In this document: piece after piece, positions 8,056-16,029 of the stretch | Numbering within the stretch: position 1 is the stretch's first letter | How the letters are laid out: each line of letters starts with the position of its first letter | IMG/VR virus record: IMGVR_UViG_3300045995_000601 | From: a virus | Reading direction: 5' to 3' (one strand) | DNA: 64,000 bases | Program-made: the position numbers and the translations under genes | The notes under the pieces: model-generated | Database searches by the model: none | What the model was told of the DNA's origin: nothing | What the model saw: the letters and a program-made list of their open reading frames with translations, nothing else

Positions 8056-8131
8056 GACGTTGGCGCAGCGGCGACCGCACCGGTCTCCAAAACCGGCACA
8101 CCACACGGGGGTTCGAGTCCCTCACGTCCTG
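8054..8131 (+). tRNA. tRNA-Trp (CCA anticodon) with atypical 10-nt unpaired variable region
   Basis: Acceptor AGGACGT/ACGTCCT is perfect, anticodon arm CCGGT-CTCCAAA-ACCGG, T-arm GGGGG-TTCGAGT-CCCTC, discriminator G, and no encoded CCA. Confidence 0.55.
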
Positions 8132-8162
8132 CAACAGATACAAAATAGAAAAAGGACAAAAT

Positions 8163-8960
8163 ATGCCCAGTTCAAACAAAATAAATGAGAAGAAAGTCAA
8201 AGACCTAATTCTCATGTTAAAAGACCGTCCTGGATTTGGTGAAGCAGCCGAGTCTGAGATATATGGGGTTGGCCTTGCTAATGCGGCCAAGATTGTGACC
8301 CAGAGGGCTATAAATGAGGCAGTGCCTATCCTAGTAGCCCAGACAGGAATGGTGAGAGACAAACGCATCGCGAAGGCGTTGACGGATAACACAACAGAAG
8401 AAATATCCGCCCTCATCCAGAAAGGCGCCAAAGGGGGCATGTATGAGTGGGAAGACATTACTCATGTAATCGGAACCCCAGCTGCTTACCGTCGCATTAT
8501 GAATGGCAAAATGATGCAGTTCTGGACCACGCTAGTTTTAGCCTACTATCTGGATCTAGATCCCTCCGAGTTTGCGACCGAAAGCAAATTTGAGTTGGAA
8601 AATCTAGTGCTATATTGTGACCTAGCTATCGCAACACCGACCGCGGAAGGTGATGCTGGCTTCACATTCCACGAAATCAAAACCAGCATTGGTGTTGATT
8701 ACCAACGAGAAGTATTACGGCACAACGACATCCCGTTCTTCTTGATTTGCTTGGGGCATGATCTTGGCTATTCAAAGGTGGAGTTTATGTTGGCTCACAA
8801 ATGCCAGCCTGTCTACTTTATAGAAAGAAAGCCTGTGCCTCAACCCCATAGAGGACCTCATATGCTAGTGCATCCTGGCGCTATCAGCATCACGGATTTG
8901 GTAGCTTCTCTGAAAGTAGCACGGGCTCAGAAAGTAAAGCCTAAGGCTACATCTGCCTAA
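8163..8960 (+). CDS. hypothetical protein
   Basis: A 265-aa ORF after the tRNAs. An AAAAGGA RBS-like sequence lies upstream, and a terminator hairpin follows. Confidence 0.5.
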   Translation: MPSSNKINEKKVKDLILMLKDRPGFGEAAESEIYGVGLANAAKIVTQRAINEAVPILVAQTGMVRDKRIAKALTDNTTEEISALIQKGAKGGMYEWEDITHVIGTPAAYRRIMNGKMMQFWTTLVLAYYLDLDPSEFATESKFELENLVLYCDLAIATPTAEGDAGFTFHEIKTSIGVDYQREVLRHNDIPFFLICLGHDLGYSKVEFMLAHKCQPVYFIERKPVPQPHRGPHMLVHPGAISITDLVASLKVARAQKVKPKATSA

Positions 8961-8982
8961 TCACAAGTACTGATCTTAATAT

Positions 8983-9013
8983 AAAGCCTTAGCCAGCTAA
9001 GGCTTTATATTTT
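8983..9013 (+). terminator. rho-independent terminator
   Basis: Near-perfect hairpin AAAGCCTTAGC...GCTAAGGCTTT followed by ATATTTT. Confidence 0.55.
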
Positions 9014-9018
9014 AACAA

Positions 9019-9092
9019 GCCCGTGTAGCTCAACGGACAAGAGCAGCTCCCCTGTAAGGAGAAGGTTGGGGGTTCAAATCCTCCCTCGGGCT
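9019..9092 (+). tRNA. tRNA, probably tRNA-Thr (UGU), atypical (C33, 27-43 mismatch); CCA encoded 9093-9095
   Basis: Acceptor GCCCGTG/CTCGGGC (one mismatch), D-arm GCTC-AACGGACAA-GAGC, anticodon arm GCTCC-CCTGTAA-GGAGA, T-arm GGGGG-TTCAAAT-CCTCC. Confidence 0.5.
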
Positions 9093-9109
9093 CCAACCAA
9101 CAAAAAATC

Positions 9110-9550
9110 ATGCTAAAAGAATTTAAAGAATTTGCTATACGCGGCAACGTTATAGACCTGGCCGTAGGCCTTATAGTAGGTATGGGATTTGGTAAAATAG
9201 TTGCATCTCTGGTGGGCGATATTATTATGCCTCCAATAGGATTGCTTCTTGGTAAAGTTAATTTTGCAGATCTTTTCATAAATTTATCCAATAAACCTTA
9301 TCTAACTTTGGCCGAGGCTAAAAAGGCCAGTGTACCAACCATTAACTATGGACTGTTCATTAGTTCAGTAGTTGATTTCACAATCGTTGCGTTTGTTGTT
9401 TTCTTATTGGTTTGGCAAGTAAATAAATTAAGGAAGCCCCCAAAGCCCCCAGAGCCCCCGCCAACCAAGGAATGCCAATTCTGTGGTTCCAAGATGCCCA
9501 TTAAGGCTACACGCTGTGCTGCTTGTACATCCAACATCAATATGATATAG
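9110..9550 (+). CDS. mscL: large-conductance mechanosensitive channel MscL with C-terminal CxxC...CxxC zinc-ribbon extension
   Basis: [48 protein letters not shown] is near-identical in pattern to E. coli MscL ([50 protein letters not shown]). A second transmembrane segment follows. The C-terminus reads [18 protein letters not shown]. Confidence 0.85.
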   Translation: MLKEFKEFAIRGNVIDLAVGLIVGMGFGKIVASLVGDIIMPPIGLLLGKVNFADLFINLSNKPYLTLAEAKKASVPTINYGLFISSVVDFTIVAFVVFLLVWQVNKLRKPPKPPEPPPTKECQFCGSKMPIKATRCAACTSNINMI

Positions 9551-9562
9551 AAAGGGGTATAG

Positions 9563-9853
9563 ATGGCGATGACACAAATAGGTGGTTCTTACCAAGATGC
9601 TCTTGAAGATAAAGATGAAACTATCGGTGTACTGCGTAACATGATTGCGAAGCTTGAACTAGAGGCCGTAGCACATATGGACCAAATTGATGACCTGTAT
9701 TGTCGGATACAAGATCTGGAAGGAGATTTAAAACATTCTCAAGCACATGGGAGAGACTTAGCTGCGCAGCGATCACAAGCCCAGGTTATGTCTGGGCTAT
9801 GCAAACTCAAACTAAAAAAAATAGAACATATCCTGAGGGATGATGTAATCTAA
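9563..9853 (+). CDS. hypothetical coiled-coil protein
   Basis: A 96-aa heptad-like sequence. A GAAAGGGG RBS-like sequence lies upstream. Confidence 0.4.
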   Translation: MAMTQIGGSYQDALEDKDETIGVLRNMIAKLELEAVAHMDQIDDLYCRIQDLEGDLKHSQAHGRDLAAQRSQAQVMSGLCKLKLKKIEHILRDDVI

Positions 9854-9863
9854 AGGAGACGAA

Positions 9864-10223
9864 ATGAAAACTATAGTTGCTATAGGTATTATGGTCATCT
9901 TTGCTATGACCGCTGCATTCGCATCTGCAGCCGAAGGCGGATGGTTTGTTATCAAGGATAAAAAGGGAGCCTGTAAAGTTATCCAAGCGAAGGACAAGAC
10001 CCCTGGGACGCTAGCAGGCCCGTTCAAAACCGCTAAAGACGCTAAGATAGCACGCGGTAAAGCCTGCGAAAGATCAAATCTTTTCTGGTATAAGCCTAAG
10101 GTAAAGGAAGTGAAGCCTAAGGCTAAGAATGCAAAGCCAAAGAAGACACCTGAGGTAAAGCCTGAAGCAAAGCCAGAGGTTAAGCCTGTTCCTAAGGTTG
10201 AGACGAAACCGGACGTAAAGTAA
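9864..10223 (+). CDS. secreted protein paralogous to 5121..5657 (CKVIQAK domain + KPEVKP-repeat tail)
   Basis: An AGGAGACGAA RBS lies upstream. It has a signal peptide. The domain GGWFVIKDKKGACKVIQAKDKTPGTLAGPFKTAKDAK aligns with 5121 GDPWFITKDEKGVCKVIQAKEKTPATVAGPYETQKKAD. The tail is Lys/Pro-rich (KPKAKNAKPKKTPEVKPEAKPEVKP). Confidence 0.55.
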   Translation: MKTIVAIGIMVIFAMTAAFASAAEGGWFVIKDKKGACKVIQAKDKTPGTLAGPFKTAKDAKIARGKACERSNLFWYKPKVKEVKPKAKNAKPKKTPEVKPEAKPEVKPVPKVETKPDVK

Positions 10224-10380
10224 GATATTGGCTCATGCCCAGACCCAAGAAACCTGGTATCTACATGGGAGGCCAGCTCGCTTCTCGCCTCATGCATCAA
10301 GTTGAGCTGGCCAAAGCTAAACTCTCCTTAATAGAAAAACTTATTAAGTCCTTAGAAACATCCTTAGAAAGGAAACCCAA

Positions 10381-12120
10381 ATGAAAAGATTTGTAGCTAT
10401 TCTCGCTGTCGGCCTTATGTTATTTGCTGGCGTGCCCTTTATTGACGCTAAAGGTGGAGGCGGCGGTGGCGGTGGCGGCGGCGGGCGTGGGGGCGGTGGT
10501 GGCAGTTATTCCAAGCCGTCTACTTCATCATCACATTCTACATATTCCAAGCCCACTACCAGTACATGGGGACAGCGGAGCGGTGGCGGTACAATAAGTA
10601 CTACACCTAAGCCGTCTACTTCCAGTGGATATACCAAGCCTGGAACCACACCTCCAAAGACTTCTAGCGGTTATACAAAGCCTGGTACACCTGCTCCTGG
10701 ATCGGCCGCAAAGCCACTCACCCTGCAGAGCAAATCATCTTCTTTTGATAAGAAAGCTACTGTAGATGCCCAAAAGGCAAAGTCGGGAGCATCTCTGCAA
10801 GCATATAAAACGGAACAGGCCAAATTCAAGCAACCGCCCACTAAGTTCGATTCAAGTACATATAAATCCAGTGGGCTATATGCTTCCGCTCCGGTCTACG
10901 GACGCTATGACGCAGGCAGGCATATCACAGTACAGAAGAATTACTATTCTGGTATGGGATATACACCAGCACCATATGTTTACGGATTCTCACCCTCTTA
11001 CGGCTTATTCAACACGGTATTTATGTTCTGGATGTTGGATAACATGAACCATAACCGAGACGCAGCAATGATGGCTCATAGTTATCAGAACAACCCAGAC
11101 TACATAAAGTGGAAACAAGACGCTGCAAAGAAGGCTGAAACTGACCCAGCACTGAAGGCTAAGATAGATGAAATGGATAAGAAGTTGGACTCCATGAAGG
11201 GCCAGCCTATTGATCCTAATTTTAAGCCCAAGTCTATCCCAGCAGAAGTCATTATTAGCCCAGAAGCAATGATGGCGAAAGCCCCGGCTATACCTACACT
11301 TCGCATGATGACCGGACCAGTAGGTTTACTATATGAGCAATTTGGAAAACAACTCAAGCTGTCGGCAGTTAGTAGCGGAAAGCCAACTTTGGATATAACA
11401 TTAACTGGATCGGCTGGATCCTTGGAAAACCTGCGCGCCCTGTTAGAAGACAGAGTAGACGTTGCATTAGTGCAGTCAGACGTGTTAGCCATGTTACAGG
11501 CCAAGTTTCCTGATAAGAAACTCATATCTGAGCAGGTAATAGTTTATCCTGAGTTTATGCAGATAATAGTTAACGCAAAAAGCAAGGTCAGTTCAATAAA
11601 GGACCTTGCAGACGGAAAAACTACTCTGTATATTGGTCAGCAAGCCTCTGGAACGTCTATGAGTTGGGAAATGATCTGTGAACAGAACCCCGCTTATAAG
11701 AAAGTTCCGGTAAAATATGGGACACCATCAGAATCCCTGCAAGCAGTAACCCAGGATTCTAAAACAGCACTGTTTTTGGTTACCAGCCTTCATAGCAAGG
11801 CACTAGAATCGGCTGATGAAATAGCCAAAAAGACCAAAGGTCTACGGCTAGTTCCAGTTGATGACAGCAAACTTGATAGCAAGAAAGACAGCTTTGGCAA
11901 TCCAGTATATGCCTTTTATACGATTCCCAGAAATGTATATCCAGGCTTACAGCATGGGTTCCTGTGGAATCACAGTGTGAAGACACTTACCGTGAATGCG
12001 GTACTAGTGCTGAACACCAGTTGGGCCCAAAAGTTTGGTCCTGAGTCTATGGACTTCTTGACCTACGCAGTACTGGAAACTAAGTCAGAAATCGGAAAGA
12101 AAATAAACGGAGGCACATAA
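10381..12120 (+). CDS. secreted Gly-run / Ser-Thr-Pro-rich (mucin-like) protein with C-terminal TAXI-like periplasmic solute-binding domain
   Basis: Signal peptide, a G13-like run, then repeats STSSGYTKPGT. The C-terminal LTGSAGSLENLRALLEDRVDVALVQSDV resembles the TAXI TRAP-SBP motif (…N…LL..G..D.AivQSDv…). Confidence 0.5.
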   Translation: MKRFVAILAVGLMLFAGVPFIDAKGGGGGGGGGGGRGGGGGSYSKPSTSSSHSTYSKPTTSTWGQRSGGGTISTTPKPSTSSGYTKPGTTPPKTSSGYTKPGTPAPGSAAKPLTLQSKSSSFDKKATVDAQKAKSGASLQAYKTEQAKFKQPPTKFDSSTYKSSGLYASAPVYGRYDAGRHITVQKNYYSGMGYTPAPYVYGFSPSYGLFNTVFMFWMLDNMNHNRDAAMMAHSYQNNPDYIKWKQDAAKKAETDPALKAKIDEMDKKLDSMKGQPIDPNFKPKSIPAEVIISPEAMMAKAPAIPTLRMMTGPVGLLYEQFGKQLKLSAVSSGKPTLDITLTGSAGSLENLRALLEDRVDVALVQSDVLAMLQAKFPDKKLISEQVIVYPEFMQIIVNAKSKVSSIKDLADGKTTLYIGQQASGTSMSWEMICEQNPAYKKVPVKYGTPSESLQAVTQDSKTALFLVTSLHSKALESADEIAKKTKGLRLVPVDDSKLDSKKDSFGNPVYAFYTIPRNVYPGLQHGFLWNHSVKTLTVNAVLVLNTSWAQKFGPESMDFLTYAVLETKSEIGKKINGGT

Positions 12121-12845
12121 TGCCCGGGGTATTTCAGACACTGTCCGCTATCGTTACCAAGAAATGGAACGAAACTCCTCAATCGGAGTCTAAACGTATT
12201 GACCGCGATCTCCCGCTTGGCATGAGGCTAGGCGGGATGATACAAATTCCCGAAGTGGATTTTATCCTCTACGGAGATAAGTTGCGTGTAAAACCTCCAA
12301 CTGGAGACCTAGCAGTTGTAGCAGTCGGTAATTTCAATATTGGAAAGTTTATAGGTTACCGATTCTACCTGAAAGAAGAGGGTGCTGAGAATTTCTTTAT
12401 GCTACAAATCATGAAAGCTCCAGGGTCACCAACTATTGATGACTGCAAATTTTACACTTTGTGGGATGAAGTATATCCTGATGATTGGGACTTCTGGATT
12501 AATGAAGACAAAGGATATATTGGATATTCGGCATTCGAGCTACAAGATCAAACACGTTACTTCCGTGTATGGGAAAACCATCAGGAAGAGAAGGTCGTAG
12601 AAGATAGCGGGCAAGAACGCATAACACATATCCCGCCCGTTGCCTTCGGAGAAGAGACCTACTCTGATCCATGGGGAAGTGATAAGCACGACTCAAACAA
12701 CGAGAGCATGCTTTATGGGCGCGAAATCGCAGATGATATGACAGAATTTCTTCTCGTCTCATGTGTATCTGAGGGAGATGATGCATCTGTTCAACTATAC
12801 CTTGGTGTCCCTGTGGCACCCTCAGCAATCAAAGTAGTCTTCTAG
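12120..12845 (+). CDS. hypothetical protein
   Basis: The start ATG overlaps the previous stop (TAATG). 241 aa. Confidence 0.5.
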   Translation: MPGVFQTLSAIVTKKWNETPQSESKRIDRDLPLGMRLGGMIQIPEVDFILYGDKLRVKPPTGDLAVVAVGNFNIGKFIGYRFYLKEEGAENFFMLQIMKAPGSPTIDDCKFYTLWDEVYPDDWDFWINEDKGYIGYSAFELQDQTRYFRVWENHQEEKVVEDSGQERITHIPPVAFGEETYSDPWGSDKHDSNNESMLYGREIADDMTEFLLVSCVSEGDDASVQLYLGVPVAPSAIKVVF

Positions 12846-12860
12846 AAAGGAGCAACAAAC

Positions 12861-13628
12861 ATGGCATCAGTATTAGGATTCTTGACATCATTCGGTAAGA
12901 AACAGATGGGTAACTTGCAAGAGGGCGTTGTAGACCGCCTCGTAGCGTGGGACCCTGAGACCGCCTCGGAGGCAGAAATTGAGCAGATGATGGGCGACCT
13001 AGAGAAGGTTACCCAGAAAGCAAGTGCTGCCCGAGTGGACTATGACAAACTATCTGCAGAAGCCAAGGCCGCACAGGCTAACTATGACAAATATATAGGG
13101 GCTGCTGAAGTCCTTCAAAAGCAGATTGCCGAGAGCACCAATGCGGCCGACAAAGCCAGCAAAAATGAAAGCCTAGATAAACTGGTTGCAACGCTTGAGA
13201 AATTGAAGCCCGAAGTTGAGCGCCAGAAGCAAGATATGGCTGGGGCCAAGCAGTTCTTCGATGAGATTAAGGCTCTTGCTGAAACAACTGCCGAGAAAGT
13301 AAAAACTGCTAGGACAGTACTGTCTCAGGCACGCAAAGATATGAGCATGGCCGAAGTTGAAAAGCAGCGAGCAGATCAGAGAGCAGAGCAGGCCGAAGAG
13401 CTTGCTGGACTGAAGACCAATGCTAGCAATGTTGGTTCAGCTCTGGATGCTATGAAGCGTAAGGCTGACCAGGCTAAAATTGAAGCCGAAGCATCTAATA
13501 TGCGCGCCGACCTTTTGGGAACGCATAAGGATGAAGATGCAAATATCGCTGCAGCTTTAAAGGCGTCCAGCCCAGACGCAGGCCCGCCTGCGAGTATTGA
13601 AGACCGTCTGGCTGCTTTGAAGAAATAA
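12861..13628 (+). CDS. PspA/IM30(Vipp1)-like coiled-coil protein (ESCRT-III superfamily), tentative
   Basis: The N-terminus MASVLGFLTSFGKKQMGNLQEGVVDRLVAWDPETASEAEIEQMMGDLEKV shows the PspA-like pattern (M.IF.R…N.N.LLEKAEDP.K…I.EME..L) and is followed by long Ala/Lys/Glu coiled-coil. A GAAAGGAGCAA RBS is present. Confidence 0.4.
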   Translation: MASVLGFLTSFGKKQMGNLQEGVVDRLVAWDPETASEAEIEQMMGDLEKVTQKASAARVDYDKLSAEAKAAQANYDKYIGAAEVLQKQIAESTNAADKASKNESLDKLVATLEKLKPEVERQKQDMAGAKQFFDEIKALAETTAEKVKTARTVLSQARKDMSMAEVEKQRADQRAEQAEELAGLKTNASNVGSALDAMKRKADQAKIEAEASNMRADLLGTHKDEDANIAAALKASSPDAGPPASIEDRLAALKK

Positions 13629-13682
13629 GGACTGTTTACATGGGAGGGCCCCCGGGCTCTCCCTTAACAGAAAGGAAATATT

Positions 13683-14201
13683 ATGGACTTATTCACGGTC
13701 CTTCTAGGATTGGCTATTGTAGCAACTCTTGGAGCCATCATTTGGGCAATCATGCGCCCCAACAAGAAGCCCATCGATGTAGATGCTGGTGATGTTACTT
13801 TGCTAGCAGTAGGCATGGAAGACCCTATGCTAGGCGTAGCAGCCTGGACAGCAGCAGAAGGCGCTGGAGATGACCTTGGTGATCTAGACCTCGTTATGGA
13901 TACTGGAGAGGATGTTGCTGATGTAGTAGTGGATACACCAACTGGACCAACTGAAGAAGTCTGGTCCCATGTTGAAACGCCCGCGCCCGCGCCTGAGCCT
14001 GACTCAGCAGCTAAAGAGGTATGGACACACGTGGAGACCCCTACACCAGAACCTGTACACGAAAGCCATCATTCTTCTGACTATGGTTCTTCAGGTTCAA
14101 GTTACAGTTCAGATTATTCCTCGTCTTCTTATGATTCTGGTTCCTCAGGTGGATGTGATAGTGGAGGTGGAGGCGACGGCGGAGGCGGAGGTGGGGACTG
14201 A
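13683..14201 (+). CDS. membrane-anchored acidic protein with Ser/Gly-rich C-terminus
   Basis: An N-terminal transmembrane helix (LFTVLLGLAIVATLGAIIWAIM), an acidic middle, the duplicated motif EEVWSHVETPAPAPEP / KEVWTHVETPTPEP, and a terminal GGGGDGGGGGGD. A GAAAGGAAATATTATG RBS is present. Confidence 0.45.
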   Translation: MDLFTVLLGLAIVATLGAIIWAIMRPNKKPIDVDAGDVTLLAVGMEDPMLGVAAWTAAEGAGDDLGDLDLVMDTGEDVADVVVDTPTGPTEEVWSHVETPAPAPEPDSAAKEVWTHVETPTPEPVHESHHSSDYGSSGSSYSSDYSSSSYDSGSSGGCDSGGGGDGGGGGGD

Positions 14202-14317
14202 TGGATCCAAACACTGTAAAAGCCATTGAATATGTTTGTATAGCAGTTGTTTCTTGTTTCTTCATTTGGGTATTTTTTGGAAGAAACTAGTTAACTAACC
14301 TACTTATGGGAGCACAT

Positions 14318-14406
14318 GCGGAGGTGTCGTAATAGGTAGCCGAGCCAGGATGAGATCCTGGTAGACGTAAATTCGTCTATGGTGGGTTCAAATCCCCTCC
14401 TCCGCA
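14318..14406 (+). tRNA. tRNA-Leu (GAG), type II
   Basis: Acceptor GCGGAGG/CCTCCGC, anticodon arm CCAGG-ATGAGAT-CCTGG, long variable arm TAGACG-TAAATT-CGTCTA, T-loop TTCAAAT. Confidence 0.65.
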
Positions 14407-14426
14407 CAAGAAAGGAGAAGGAAAAC

Positions 14427-14612
14427 ATGTGTAGAGAATGCGCGAATTCAGCTAGAGAATTATTTCCTGAACTGTCTGAGGATGAACAGAGTGTATTGCT
14501 GTGGGAATTTACATCATTTCCTTTTGGTAGTCCACAGGAAATTCGGAAACAACTTGCTTCTATAGGAACTCGCTCAGCCTATGATGTCATAGCAGACAAA
14601 GTTAGACGTTAG
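14427..14612 (+). CDS. hypothetical small Cys-containing protein between tRNA-Leu genes (start trimmed to avoid tRNA)
   Basis: ORF 14379..14612 overlaps the tRNA 3' end, so the internal MCRECANSAREL was taken as the start. A GAAAGGAGAAGGAAAAC RBS-like sequence lies upstream. Confidence 0.3.
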   Translation: MCRECANSARELFPELSEDEQSVLLWEFTSFPFGSPQEIRKQLASIGTRSAYDVIADKVRR

Positions 14613-14613
14613 T

Positions 14614-14696
14614 GCGGGTGTGGCGTAACTGGCAGCCGTGCAAGATTTAGGATCTTGTGACCTAGTGTCGTGGAGGTTCGAGTCCTCTCACCCGCA
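14614..14696 (+). tRNA. tRNA-Leu (UAG), type II; CCA encoded 14697-14699
   Basis: Acceptor GCGGGTG/CACCCGC, anticodon arm CAAGA-TTTAGGA-TCTTG, variable arm TGACCTAGTGTCG, T-arm GGAGG-TTCGAGT-CCTCT. Confidence 0.65.
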
Positions 14697-14729
14697 CCAC
14701 AGAGAAAGACTTTTTATTGAGGGAAAACT

Positions 14730-15218
14730 ATGCTAACGGATCACAGGACTGCGAAGATGCAGGGCAATGTAGGAGTAGGTATGTGCATAGCATGGTTGAC
14801 TTCTGTGGGTCTAGATGTTGCAATACCATTAACTGATAGCCAGGCATGGGACTTAATCGCAGAAATAGACGGAAATTTACAGAAAATCCAATGTAAGACC
14901 AGTTATTGTAGAGCAAAGAGTGGAGGATATACCATAGATCTCCGCATCACTCAACACAGTAACCAAAAAATGTTCTGCGGCCCGGCGGATAAAAGTAAAA
15001 TTAATTATTATTTTATACTTACTAATGATGGTTCCATGTATTTCATCCCGATTTCCGACGTAAAGAATACAGGAACAATGACTGTAGGTAAGAATAAATG
15101 GACTGAGTATGAAGTTACTATGGGCAGTTGGGAGAACGGTATTCCAGGAGGCTGTAACCCTCCCGTCCTTCGGGACATTCCAGGTTCAAATCCTGGGCTG
15201 CCCACCACAATTAAATAG
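14730..15218 (+). CDS. PD-(D/E)xK-type nuclease-like protein (possible tRNA-cluster homing endonuclease); 3' end reads through tRNA-Tyr so true stop/extent uncertain
   Basis: The motif GNVGVGMCIAWLTSVGLDVAIPLTDSQAWDLIAEIDGNLQKIQCKTS fits the G..GE…L…G..V..P..D…DLI.E.DG…iQVKT pattern of Hjc-like and restriction-endonuclease-fold nucleases. The last roughly 30 codons are simply the translation of tRNA-Tyr. Confidence 0.35.
   Translation: MLTDHRTAKMQGNVGVGMCIAWLTSVGLDVAIPLTDSQAWDLIAEIDGNLQKIQCKTSYCRAKSGGYTIDLRITQHSNQKMFCGPADKSKINYYFILTNDGSMYFIPISDVKNTGTMTVGKNKWTEYEVTMGSWENGIPGGCNPPVLRDIPGSNPGLPTTIK
15122..15204 (+). tRNA. tRNA-Tyr (GUA), type II; CCA encoded 15205-15207
   Basis: Acceptor GGGCAGT/GCTGCCC, anticodon arm GGAGG-CTGTAAC-CCTCC, variable arm CGTCC-TTCG-GGACA, T-arm CCAGG-TTCAAAT-CCTGG. 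Confidence 0.65.
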
Positions 15219-15230
15219 AGGTGAATATAA

Positions 15231-15569
15231 ATGGGAAAACAAAAAGGAAATACTTGTCCAGGATGCCACGGCAAGAAATTTCAAACACGCACAACTGATG
15301 GTATCAGGGTTATATGCCCTATGTGCCAAGGTACAGGTGTTTTTGATCCTATAAAGGCAAGAGAGCCAGAAGAGAAAAGCCCTTGGTTAGACGATATCAT
15401 AAAACGCAGTAGGCGCGAACCAGATGATGATTATGATAAACCATGGAAGTGGCCCCGCCGTAGACCATGGGATGAACCATGGACTTTAGAGGTTGATCCT
15501 ATGGAACCTCTTATCGTGAAATATTATGAGTCTAACCATTATGATGATCAGCCACGAGGCACTTGCTAG
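15231..15569 (+). CDS. DnaJ-type CxxCxG zinc-finger protein with acidic C-terminus
   Basis: It carries CPGCHGKKF...CPMCQGTG. A GAGGTGAATATAAATG RBS is present. Confidence 0.45.
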   Translation: MGKQKGNTCPGCHGKKFQTRTTDGIRVICPMCQGTGVFDPIKAREPEEKSPWLDDIIKRSRREPDDDYDKPWKWPRRRPWDEPWTLEVDPMEPLIVKYYESNHYDDQPRGTC

Positions 15570-15711
15570 TGATCCCTCCTGACCCTTGTTGTAATTGTCA
15601 GTTTTTTATTCCACTAGGCAAAGATCCTGTAACTAAAATATGGAAATATGACTGCCTAGCAGGAGAGAAACCCTATCATTGGGGAAAAGCAGATTGTCCT
15701 AAATATAGTAA

Positions 15712-15918
15712 ATGCCCAAAAGAGGAGAATTAAAAATGGACTTGAATGTGATTAAAAATGTAGGACTTATTCTATTGGCGATCTTGCTGATCGTTAGTGG
15801 TTTATTGTTCCTATTAGGTAGTGGCTTACACCTTTCGGCGTACGCTATGAATCTAGTATATAGTGGACTGGCAGTACTTGCTATCGTTACAGGTGGAGCT
15901 ATTTTACTAGGCAAATAA
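15712..15918 (+). CDS. small two-TM membrane protein (holin-like size, unproven)
   Basis: An AGGAGAATTAAAAATG RBS is present. The hydrophobic segments are VGLILLAILLIVSGLLFLLG and YSGLAVLAIVTGGAILLG. Confidence 0.4.
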   Translation: MPKRGELKMDLNVIKNVGLILLAILLIVSGLLFLLGSGLHLSAYAMNLVYSGLAVLAIVTGGAILLGK

Positions 15919-15920
15919 AT

Positions 15921-16004
15921 GCGGATGTGTTGGAACGGTATACATCGGGGTCCTAAAAATCCCGGCCCAATACGGGATTAAGAGTTCGAATCTCTTCATC
16001 CGCA
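15921..16004 (+). tRNA. tRNA-Leu (UAA) candidate, type II, with C33
   Basis: Acceptor GCGGATG/CATCCGC is perfect, anticodon arm GGGGT-CCTAAAA-ATCCC, variable arm CCC-AATAC-GGG, T-arm AAGAG-TTCGAAT-CTCTT. The D-stem is weak. Confidence 0.5.
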
Positions 16005-16029
16005 TAATAAATTAACTAGCCTCCTAAAT

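Noticed and set aside
7767-9291. Minus-strand ORFs 7767..8159, 8039..8458 and 8989..9291
   Set aside because: They run across tRNA-His, tRNA-Trp, the tRNA at 9019, or antisense to well-supported + strand genes. They are spurious.
10440-10510. GGTGGCGGCGG run as a possible repeat or regulatory element
   Set aside because: It encodes the poly-Gly stretch of the secreted protein 10381..12120.
15008-15274. Minus-strand ORF 15008..15274 and + ORF 15109..15354
   Set aside because: Both overlap tRNA-Tyr and the start of the zinc-finger gene. They are translation artefacts of the tRNA region.
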